Shown here piece after piece: positions 1 to 11,157 of a stretch of 64,000 nucleotides of DNA (positions are counted from its first letter, which is position 1; the number at the start of each line of letters is the position of its first letter). The stretch covers positions 4,234,159-4,298,158 of the forward strand of contig NW_019091360.1 in NCBI RefSeq assembly GCF_001949145.1, written 5' to 3'. The translations under genes and the position numbers were made by a program. Below the pieces are notes generated by a model. The model searched no databases. It was not told the DNA's origin and saw nothing but the letters and a program-made list of their open reading frames with translations. The stretch comes from Acanthaster planci (taxonomy: Eukaryota).

Positions 1-187
1 GTTAGGGGGGTATCTTCGGGAAATGGCGAATAAAAAAGTTCATAAAATTGAAACGAAAAGTGATCGTTCTGTCCATAATCTTGAATTTCGAACGAAAAAA
101 TGAAGGCCAACCTCTTCGCGAGGTTGAAGAGTCAGCGCTATTTCGGTGTACGGGCGCGTATTTGGTGTAATGCAACCATAAGACTCA

Positions 188-396
188 GTGGGTCCGAGTT
201 GACTCTAGGTGGGTCCGAAACGGCGTGGGTCCGAGTTGGCGTGGGGCCGAGTTGGTTGTGGGTCCGAGATAATCGTGGGTCCGAGTTAGTATTGGGTCAG
301 AGTTGGCGTGGGTCCGAGTTGGTCATGGGTCCGAGTTAGCCTGGGTCCGAGATGGAATGGGTCCGAGTTGGTTTGGGTCCGAGTTGACCTGATCCC
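188..396. repeat. Degenerate tandem array of ~12 copies of a 16-17 bp unit with core GGGTCCGAGTTG
   Basis: Core visible at about 190, 211, 227, 244, 260, 277, 294, 310, 327, 343, 359 and 375. It explains the repetitive ORFs 100-339 and 308-646. Confidence 0.85.
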
Positions 397-859
397 TGCA
401 CGTCTCCAGCTTTTAATTCCCCACGTCTCCAGAACCAAAACAATCAATGTCTTAGCCTACCTTTACAATGTTCTCATGAAGACTTTGAAGGTCTCAGAGG
501 TAACTCAGACAACGTTCTCTTCATCCCTCACAGTCACATTCCACATACATGACATAATATGCACAATAAACATGATAAAGTATAATCGCCTGTCAAACAT
601 GCGTACTGTGTCAACATTCTTCGCTTCTGACATTGTTGTCGACTGAAATCTCGCGAGGGTTTGGAAAATATTGTAGATTCTTGAAAATTATTCATAGGCC
701 TACTAATTTTTTCCCACTGGTGACCTTACAATAGGATTCAGTTCGAAAAAGTGACAAACAATTTATATCCATTATTACATACAAATGGTTCTTGTACTTT
801 TGCGAGTTTCTTTTCTCGAGAACGTTTGTAAATCTCGTAGACATGGTAGACAGAGCAAG

Positions 860-3800
860 ATGGCGGCGCGCAATCCTGGTACCGAACTTGGTAAATACTT
901 TCTTGTAACTTTTTCTTTTTCCCGAAACCAACTTTAGAGTAAATGGAAGTCAGTGAGGCGGTTACATAATGATGAAAGTTTTCAACTGCCTTCCACAAAT
1001 TCACATCCACTTCAAATGTGGTCCGCTGATGGATATAAGAGGCATCATACAAAACACATAGACATAGACATAAGCCCGTATTACATGTAAGTGAAGCTGG
1101 GAATTCTGATAAGTTGTGCAACTCATACCGGGATACCCTTGCCGAGATAAGGTTAGATTAATGAATGAAATAAAATTGATACATGCAACCCGCAGTCAAA
1201 AATTGGTCATGGTTATAACATTTGCGTTGGCAAGTTGTTTGAATGGGAACCTCTGACTTGGCTCGGTACTCAAACTGTCGACGTTTTTATTTGTTGCATA
1301 CTAAAAAGAAAATAATGAACAATGATCAGTTGGGCGAAGCGGGAATGGGCCGAAGTGGAAACGGGGCGAAGTGACCAACACCCGCACCGGGCTAGGCATA
1401 CATGTATTCACCTCCAAATTTGAGGGCGCTGTTCATCCAATTTGTAGTTAAACTTATATGCATGTAGTGTAATTGCTGCTCTAGGCAAATTCACATCGCA
1501 GAATTATCAAAACCTCTTTTGCCTTGTTGCCTTCAGTATTTATTCTCTGGAAGAAGGAAAAACAAAGAGAACTTTGGAAAATACATAAGATCACCATGCA
1601 TTTGATGGTTTTTAACACACCACAGACACAAAGGCAAAATTCCACTTCTATTCCTGTCCAATTGATGCTATGCAGAAATACTCGGAAGTTCCCGGATTTC
1701 CAACCAAGAGACTTTTATTTGCTTTGTACCAAACTATTGTTTCAAACTGTGCCTCAAAAGTTATCAGTGCATGTTCTGGAAGTACTCTAAAGTAAGACAA
1801 AAAATCCTCCCTACTTACGTTAATGTTACCTTGAGTGACAGTTCTATAGTTGGCCTCCTCGTAATTGCCATCAAACGTAACCAATTCTATCTCACCTTGT
1901 AATTTCATTCCAAACCATTCCATTCAATTTGAAAATCTTAACTTTCTGCGGAAAAGTTATATTCATACACATATTATTTTTAAAACTTGTTGGTGTTTTG
2001 CGGAACTCAAAAATCACAGTAGCTGGATACAGAATTATGCCCCCCAAAATAGCTCTGAAATATTGACTTGATCACAGACGGACAGAGTGTGTACCACATT
2101 TAATTCCTTTTACATCATATCTTTAAGATTTGAGGGGACTACCACTCACAAACTATCAATAAAACTCAACATGCACAATTCCGTGGAGTTGTCTAAGGGG
2201 TGTGGCTAACTTGGAGGTTTATTGCAATAAGTCAAAAGCCAGATTACATGTATGTATAATCTGCTTCCATAACATTGTGAATAATTATTGTTTAGGAGTT
2301 TGTGCAAGGGCAGGTGGTACTTATGAAGAATGCAATCAAGTTAACAGGTGGAAATCTAGCTATACATGTATTCCGAGCTAAAGTAACACATTGGACTTTT
2401 GTTTCATTTTTTCATTTTGTAAGGCACAGTCTGCCAGGGGAAGAATTCTGTACTGTCTTCTTTTTGAGGAAGATTTTAGGGAGAAACTATTGTTCGTTAT
2501 TTGCCTATGACACCTACATGTGATGCTAATGAAATGTGATGAGCTGGTGTGGAATTCTTTCCTTTGCAGAAGGTTCATCTTTCCAACAATTTTTGTAATC
2601 AAAGTCAACATTTGTCCCGTTAAGCTAGTGCGAGACTTAGTTTCATAATAATAATAATTTATTCATTTATAAAGTGTAAATTTCATATAGATATGTTCAA
2701 ATGCGCTGTACAATGAAGACGTTAAGCGTGGAACAATGAATACATTTAAACATGGTTGAGCCGATGGCACACAAGGACGCCTCAGGCAGCCGCCAAAGGA
2801 CCCACATTCACCAACATCAGTAAAGGGGAGACAGTAAGAAGCAGTTACAGTTTTAGAAGTGGGAGGAAAATCTCAGAGGAATATTCTGGGTAAAACCCAC
2901 AGAGTCAGGTAGGGACTGAAAACCCAATCCACGTGTGGACTGGGCCGGAAATCGAACCCAGGACCACAGAGGTGGAAGACGAGGAAAAACTACCTTGCTA
3001 ACCTGACTCCCCAGTCAGGTTTGTTATGAACATGTAGTGGTAGTGTTTTTTTATTTAGTGTTTTGATACATGTAGTTTTGTGAGGTTTTAACATTTTGTG
3101 AATAACTTGTTTAATAGTGGAGACTATTGGTTTGGCCAGCCACTGATATACACACTGTACATGGACATCTGCAAACTGGTCTACATTGTTACTAAAGTAA
3201 AATGTGTAATTTGTGAGGATGGTCTGTCCGGTCTATCCAAGTCTGTTCTTACTCTGTTGTGTGATTTTGCTATGCTATTACATGGAGCAAATATTGAACA
3301 CAGTCATCACTGCTTGGAAATATCCACACATTGGCTCTTAAAGGCACTGTTCAATCTATCATTTATCACTTGTGCGTGATGTTCCTTTGAGGCAACAAAA
3401 TTGCTCCATATCTAAGAAGAGTACATGTACCTGAGAACTAACCTGATGAAGTTTCAGCTGAGTGAATACTTTATATTCCAAGAGAAACAATATTCTAGGA
3501 TTTCAATTTCAGGTCAAATGTGCTGAGTCATGTTATGAATTGTGCCTAAAATCAGCCTCTGGGGCACGTTCCCACATTCAGTTGAATACAGCTGTATGTG
3601 GCGTCACATGCTAAACAGACGAATTATAGCAATCATGCACACACGTGTTTGTCATGTCAACACTTCCACGTGCTTCTATTGGCAATTTTCCAAATACAGT
3701 GTACGTGTATGCGTCTTTAGACTCTCAATGGGAATGGCCTTCTTCAGTTCTTTCTTCAAAATAACATCTTGAGCGAAAGAGTAATCTCACTGGGAGTTTA

Positions 3801-6800
3801 GTCCCATAACCATCTTTAAACAAGGTCCGCTTGTCAACAATAATTTCGTCAGTCACTGTTTGAATTTAACTGCCAATGGTGGACTGTACTTTTATACTGC
3901 CATTGTTATAGATGCATTTCTGTTAATTTAATATATTTTCTTCTGTATCTCAAAATAATGCTTTTAGATTTGGAATGGGTTGAGAGTGTGCGTGTGAATA
4001 AACCAGCATGCTTCAGAAGGGCAGAAGAGTTGAAAGTTCGCAGGGGAGTCAAGAAAAACACACAGGTCTGTTTCTTCTGATTGATTTGAGCTGATGGTTC
4101 ATTTAATTGCAGAGAAGTGAGAGGACGGGGGAACTCTTTTTGGGCATGCTGCAGCCCTTCCTCGCCAAGCATTTATTGCAGCCACAACTTGAGATCACAA
4201 ATGCAAAATGTTAAAGATTTACAGATATTGCTATGGAGCCCCAGAATCACCTTGAGTCATACAAATGTAAAGGCAACAATGCTATTAGTTGAATACTTAT
4301 TGCTAACAACATAGCACCACTATCACAAAAGAACTCTTCTCTGTAGTGTCATGGGCAAGAGACGCCAGATTTAATAATGCATAAGTAACGGCCAAGAAAC
4401 GTCGGATTTTGTGATGCATGTGTAACGGGCACGAGACGCCGAACCTTTAGCTGGTGGCCAATAACCGAGAGACTGTGTGTGTGGCAAGTCGCCAGTAAGT
4501 TTGCCCTGCACCAGACCATCCCGCGACTGGGGCCCAAAACAGGTCATGACTCGTGCAGCCTGTCAGCATGTTGTCAACTGCCATAGGCTTGCCCTTGCCA
4601 GGATAATTGGCCTCTAGTTCTGCACATCCAGGCCTATCAGAGAGACCGAGCCCCCTCCCCATTATCCCGAATGCCCAAAATGCTACTCCTGAACGGAGCC
4701 CTGTGGGTGTCTGTATTCCTGCTGCTTGAGCAGCGAACGATGAGTGGCTGGAAGAAGCCCTGCTACCACCCCAGGACCGGCTCTGGCATTTTTCCACTAG
4801 TGCATGCAAGTACACAAAGTGGGACACGCCTCCGTTGCGGAGGGTAGGTTTTTGACTTCTAACTATTCGCTCAGCAGTGAAGGAGAAGTGTAGCGAGCAT
4901 GCCCAAAATCCCAGCCAACGTGACATACGCAACGTCTGATTGGCTGTGGTACGTGCCACTGTTGGGAAGGAGCCAAATGCAGCACGCATAGCACATTGCA
5001 GATCTGCTGGTATCATGAATGCTCTCACCCCCCCCCCCCGACCCAAAGGGGGTTCCCTGGAGACAGGCTCCCAGGAACCGTATTATGTGACCTGCAAAGC
5101 CCTGACTATTGTGTGATATGGATAGTCAGTCATATCATGAACTTTGTATCACAAACGGTCAACCACCAACAAATATTACTGTGAACTAATGTCAGCATAT
5201 GTGGACATTGATTGTGTAATGTGTAATAGCATATACACATTCAAGCATAAATTTAAAAACAATATTGACTGTTTGGTCTAAGGTGTAATTAAGACCTAAT
5301 GACAATAAGAGGTAATGTACTTTATTGAGATGTGAGTTCATTTTGGGTGGGCTTGTTTATAACAGTAATCAATACTCAGTTTGTTATTTTCCCATCAGAT
5401 TGCCTGGTTGCTAAAGGCAATGACCTGTATTGACCTAACAACCTTGTCAGGTGATGATACAGAGACCAATGTGGGGAGACTTTGTTTCAAAGCAAAACAG
5501 CCTATGAGGCCTGACCTCCTGGAAGCTGTTGGCATGCAAGACAGAGGTAAGTGGTCATTGATGGAAAACGGCAACATTTACAAGAAACGAAACAGAATTT
5601 CATTTTTAAAGAGCTGTTAATTGCAGATAAATTATAGAAATGAAAACTCAAAATAAAACAAGCTTTCTGAAGTGAACTCTCTTCAAACAGGTTAAATTGG
5701 AGGAAACATTACTTCAAGATGTTATCAGAAATGACTTGATGTTTGAGTATTCACAGTTGTGTGTGTGTTGATGCGTTATAGGTTTGACAGTTGGGGCGGT
5801 CTGTGTGTACCCAGCAAGAGTGGCTGATGCTGTCCAAACATTGAAAGCACTAGGAGCCTCTCACATCCCTGTTGCATCAGGTAACCAACACACCATCCTT
5901 TGGTTTCATTGCTCTCTTGAGTCTACCAAGAGTTTCAGTTTGATGTCCTTTCACCCCCTGAAAGCATTCACAGGAGAATGATGATGGTTATCACTTGCAC
6001 AGATAATGGAAAGTATAAACAGGTTGTTAATCCATCATCAGGGCACGCTGCGTGTGTCCATGAAGAGAATTTAAAACATGAATGATCCCAATTGTGTTTT
6101 CTTTCAATATATGAGATTTTCTTTTATGGCTTTCATTGATGGGCTGTTGTCAAGCAAATTGCAGTACAGTCTCTGAACTTAGAAGTTGTCATGTACCCGG
6201 AGTGTTGTGTATGGGCGTCACCTGGATTTGTTTCCAGGGTTAGGGGAGGGGGCAAATTTCTTTCTTTGGAGGAAGGTCCAAATCACTTATCAGCTAAGAA
6301 CTGATGAACAACACAGGAAGGGATTAATCTAGAGGTTTTTTTTTTTTTTTAGAAAATAGTGATTTTCTTCCCCTTTTTCCTTTTTTTTTTTTTTTTTTTT
6401 TTACTTTTCACTCTTTTTTCTTTTTTCATTTTTTTTGTGNTTTTTTTTTACTTTTCACTCATTTTTCATTTTTCAATTTTTTTGTGGGGGGGGGGCAGGA
6501 TGCGGGGGGGGGGGCAAGTAGCCTCCCTTGCTGGCCTCCTCTTGACACCTATGATGACAGTCTTTTGTCCTTGGTTCATGTACTTAGTTGCTACTGGTTT
6601 TCCTGCTGGACAGACACACTTCAAGACAAGACTTGCAGAGATCAAAATGGCTGTAGAGGATGGAGCTAGGGAGATTGATATTGTCATCAACAGAGCTTAT
6701 GCTCTAGCTGGCAACTGGAAAGGTGGTTGAAAATCTTGTGTTTCTCATTTTAAGTTAGCACCTTCAGCAGGTAAAGAACACATTTAAATTAACCACGGCT

Positions 6801-8111
6801 GTGAGGAAAAAAGCCTGTCATTATTTCACATTCTGTTCTTGAATTAACATTTTGGATGTTCGGTTAGAAAATTTATTTGTTTGACATTGCTGTTTTATTT
6901 CCAGGTTTACAACTTTGGTTTGGCCCTCCCAGTTTCGTGAATTCAATGTAATCTTCTTGTGTCATGACTCCCTGTCTAGGTGTATATGAAGAGGTCCGAG
7001 CATTCCGTGAGGCTTGTGGACCAGCTCATATGAAGACTATCTTAGCTACAGGGGAACTAGGCTCATTAGTGACTGTGTACAAAGCAAGCTTAGTAGCAAT
7101 GATGGCAGGTAGGAATAACAGTAATGCACATTAATCACTGTATCGTTGAACCCGTGTAAATTACAGGTTGTTTCACTTTGCTTAACTAATTGGACTCTCA
7201 TTGGAATTGGTGTTGGTTACACCTATCTTCATTATGACTACGTGGACTGACATGTTTCTTTCATGGGTGTTGATTGGCTTCTAGGCTCTGATTTCATCAA
7301 AACATCAACTGGTAAGGAAGGGGTGAATGCCATCCTTCCTGTTGGTTTGGTTATGGTAAGAGCTATCAGAGAATACCACAAGAAGACAGGATACAGGGTA
7401 AGACTTGATGTGAGATTGCTGTGGTATAGAATACAGGAGTGTGCCTTCATTTCGAACCAGGAAGTGTAGTGCAAATGAATGGAGCACTTGGATGTTGGTT
7501 CATGTGCTAGTTTTGTCACTAATGCCATTCACACACATAAATTTGTGCATGACGTATTCTTTTGGGTAGTCTATAGGCTTAGGCAGTCCTAGTGTACTCC
7601 AAAGTTGAGCCTCAGTGATGATGAGAAGTTATTGCAATAACCAGTATTCCATGAAAATGCACATGAAACAGCAGTATACATTCTGCACACTTGAGGAATG
7701 TATTAGACTGCATTAGATGATTGGAGAACCGTGTCAAAAGAGTCCACCATATGGTTTGGGTCATCAGAGGGCTACAGTGGATTACATCTCAATGGATTTC
7801 TGACCTTTAACCTTTGCTACTCATTCAACCAATTGATAGCAGTCCAGCAGGGTGTTATATCTGCTAAGTCGGTATCATATTTGTATGTGTCATTCCAAAT
7901 CCAGGTTGGTTTCAAGCCAGCTGGTGGTATACGCACAGCTAAGGATTCATGTGCATGGTTAGCCTTGATGAAGGAAGAGCTAGGAAATGATTGGTTGACC
8001 CCTGACCTGTTCCGTCTTGGGGCAAGCTCATTGTTGGGTGATATTGAGAGGCAGATCTTCCATGGTGTAACTGGCCGATACGCAGCAGCGCATGAATTTG
8101 CTATGGCTTAG
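860..8111 (+). CDS. DERA: Deoxyribose-phosphate aldolase, 8 coding exons, ~319 aa
   Basis: Exons 860-890, 3968-4065, 5399-5546, 5782-5880, 6588-6722, 6980-7108, 7285-7397, 7905-8111 (960 nt, GT-AG, in frame). Reads MAARNPGTELDLEWVESVRVN...IDLTTLSGDDT...AVCVYPARV...GFPAGQTH...EIDIVINR...HMKTILATGELG...SDFIKTSTGKE...GFKPAGGIR...FRLGASSLL: metazoan DeoC/DERA motifs including the Schiff-base lysine motif FIKTSTG. Confidence 0.96.
2645..3012 (-). mobile_element. tRNA-derived SINE in DERA intron 1
   Basis: Minus strand: A-box-like TAGCAAGGTAG, B-box GGTTCGATTTCC (plus 2946-2958), body GTGGATTGGGTTTTCAGTCCCTACCTGACT...TTTTCCTCCCAC resembling V-domain SINEs, ending in a (TTA)n tail near 2645-2660. 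Confidence 0.7.
3338..3895. mobile_element. Possible non-autonomous DNA transposon with imperfect TAAAGG..-type termini
   Basis: Left TTAAAGGCACTGTTCA versus right TGGACTGTACTTTTA (imperfect inverted match). No coding capacity. Confidence 0.3.
6211..6553. mobile_element. MITE-like element with poly-T low-complexity core in DERA intron 4
   Basis: Imperfect terminal inverted repeats ATGGGCGTCA / TGACACCTAT, G-runs near both ends and a T-rich interior at 6335-6483. Confidence 0.4.
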
Positions 8112-8969
8112 AGGTACATGTACTGTCATCTTTGATTCCCTTCAGTACTGAGTTTGGTTTCGAGATAACTTAAGTCACTCCACTTTTCGATAATTCAGTT
8201 TGCAAGCAACCCATGACCACTGTGAGTGACATTGAGTACCATCCGCCACACTGACTTATTGGAATGTTGTTACACTGAACTGTGAATTCTCTGGATTCAG
8301 ACAGAGATCCTTTATAGTGTGAGATTTGAAACACCAGTGGATTGTTCGAGGTGGTTCGAAATAGTGCAGTGACTATGAGTTAAAGCAACATTGCATTTAT
8401 TCTGGATGATGCAAATAGGATGTGGATGTAATAACAAAAGCTCTGACTCCAAATTTAAATTTAGATTTCTTGTTGCATAATACGGACTTGAGTAATCTAC
8501 GTAGTAGACATCTTTGATGCACAAAGACACATATCATCTTGGGCATGGCTTGGATTTTCTCCCTAAAGAGGGGCCATTTTTTTTAGTATTTTAAAGCAAC
8601 TTTGTGATTTTCATCCCCTTTCATCGTTTTCTCATTTCTTTTGTTTGTCCCCCATTCACTTTCAATTTATCAATTTTATTTTTGGGGGGGGCTAGTGGCT
8701 CCCACTGCCACACCCATGCATGTCATCCATTTAATGTCATCATTTTATTACATTGAGTGTTTCATCATCTTGACAGCCTATTTGAAGCATAACTCCTTCC
8801 TGAACTATGAACTATCAACACGTTGTGTACTAATATGTTAGTCATCTCAGTCATCAGTTGTCCCTCTGTGTGTTTTATACAGACTGTGTCTGTTCAGAAC
8901 CAGAATACCAAGGGTGCACAAAGAGTCAAATTGTCATAAATCTTTCTTCTGAAACTATCGCTTTGATTA

Positions 8970-9022
8970 ACCCTAACACTCCTCAGACCTTCACCTGTTG
9001 GAGGACTGAGGAGTGTTAGGGT
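8970..9022. mobile_element. 53-bp hairpin mini-MITE flanked by TA, downstream of the DERA stop
   Basis: Perfect 17-bp TIRs ACCCTAACACTCCTCAG / CTGAGGAGTGTTAGGGT, TA on both sides, second copy at 62151-62197. Confidence 0.8.
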
Positions 9023-10559
9023 TAAGGATTAAGTAATGAAAATATGAAGTCATTATCTGTTGTACCTACAACGCTGCAGCTTCTCTGTATGGTGGAAAAT
9101 CAGTCTTGAAATTTAATAGGTTTTTGCATTTCAAAGAGTACCTGTATTCTAACAATATTTATAACAAATTTAAGGGCATATTTCACTTTGGGGATTTTTC
9201 TGGATGTATTAAACACTGAATAAACAAACACTTGTTAAACACTAGATATAACATTGGCTATTGTATTTAAATTTGTGGTTTTCGGCCTAGTATGTTTACT
9301 CCAATTTTTTTGGCATTACAGTTGTTGACTGAGGGCAAATTTATTTTCATTAAATGTTTATAAAGCTCAATATTTGTACTAATTCTGTGATTTATACTGT
9401 AAAGTCTTCCAACAGATGGAGCGAATGTTTTTCATTGTAAGGCTTCAGGTTTATGATTTTGAGTCAGTTCAAGACATCAGTAAACCATTTTGGACAATGG
9501 TTTTTTAATAATTTACCTAAAGATTGGAAAGGTTTTAAGTATTACCAATCAGTATGAATGTGACATACTGATTGCATATTGTAAATTAAATCATGAATAA
9601 ACATTGACTTTCCATGTTTATTTTCCAGACGCTTGCTTCTGGTGTTAATTTTTGCCTCGTAGACACCAGTTCATGGGCGTTAATACACATGAAATGCGCA
9701 TTATTGCTTTTGGGTGTCATTAGTGAGTGCTTGGATAAATGTGTACTTTGACCTTCATAACTAAATACAAATAATGAGGTTTCATTCCTAAACTATGCAG
9801 TATCAATATACATGTCGCGGACCTTTACCCTCTTCAGCAGATTGATTCGTTATACATTAGAAAAACAACTAGTCTTGGCTTCCACACAAACCAATCAATC
9901 TATCATTGGTTACTTTCGACGCACCTGGTGATGCGTGAATAATTCAGCAAGGGTCCTGACGGTTTTATTCTCAGGGACTATATCCTTCTATTCAAGGCGT
10001 CTTGGGCGGAGGATTACCAGTAGCCAAGAGCCACAATGATCCTTAGTGATTGTTCAGTGTAAAAACTTGAATCATTGATGATGTTGAATATAACTGTCAT
10101 GAAAGAATGCTCGTGGTGGGAACTTTGGATGGTTGCTCATACATCGATCTCTGTCTCCGTCTTTCGTTCAAGAAAATTCATGTAAAATATTTACATTGGA
10201 ATTGACCGTTTTATTTTTCGTTTTTGACATTCATAGACAAGATTTCGTAGGGATTACGTCTCTAGTTATGTCAAAATAAAGATATCGAATCTATTTGTAA
10301 TATTTTGACCTGTTGTATGGCAACTCGTTGGCATCTTTATCCGTGAGCGGTTTTTACGTCATTTCTGTGATGTTTTAATCACGATGTGTTTAATTGTCGT
10401 TTTTGTGTGGTTTGAAAAACATTATTGTGTTAATCAAATTCGTAAAGAGAGCTAGTTTGCTCAGTCATTATTAGAATGAAGTATAAAAGTGATAAAGCTG
10501 TCGAATTGTGACGAACTTTGCCCTGTAGGTAATGATTCGTTCTTCCTACTGACAAGTGC

Positions 10560-10567
10560 TGACGTCA
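10560..10567. promoter_or_regulatory. CRE palindrome TGACGTCA upstream of the uncharacterised gene
   Basis: Exact CRE ~600 bp upstream of ATG 11158. An X-box-like GTTGTATGGCAAC lies at 10312-10324. Confidence 0.4.
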
Positions 10568-11157
10568 GCGTTTTGAGGGATATCTGACACCACGAGGATC
10601 CGTGCTTACACAAAGTAGTTAATACGTCGCATGACGAGTTATACCATAGAGCTACAACCCAATAGCTCTATGGTTATACACGCCTTCCTGCTTGCAACTG
10701 ACGCGCTCACGCGGGTTGCACTTTCCCTCTGTAGTCTTATGTCCTCGCGTATACCCCTCGCGATGCCCCCATCCTGCTCCCGTTGTCCGGCAATGGGTGC
10801 AACGTGTGACTGGTTCACTTCAGTCAGTACTGAACAAAGACTCGGACAATTGTATGGGACACCAGTGAAATGCAAACAAACCGGATGACAAGAAAAACTT
10901 GTGTTATTTCAATTGATCGGATGCCGGTAGGTCTACCCCCCAGGTTGTGTTTCAGAGGCCTAACATTGGAACATACTATACCTGAATGTGTACGTGTCAA
11001 TGCCGTTTGTGGAGCATTCAGATGAGAAAATGAATATCAAATTTCCATAATTGTGCACGAGATAGCCGTCTGTAAACCTCTTTGCTGAATTGTACAATTC
11101 ATGTATTGTATAATTATGCAGTGAAAGTTGGCGAGCCTGAGTTAGGGTAACTCACTG

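Noticed and set aside
188..396. CRISPR-like repeat array
   Set aside because: Units are degenerate and separated by only a few bases, with no spacers or cas genes, in a eukaryotic context.
4447..5046. 199-aa minus-strand ORF as a gene
   Set aside because: No recognisable motif; it lies in a GC-rich intronic block where long ORFs arise by chance.
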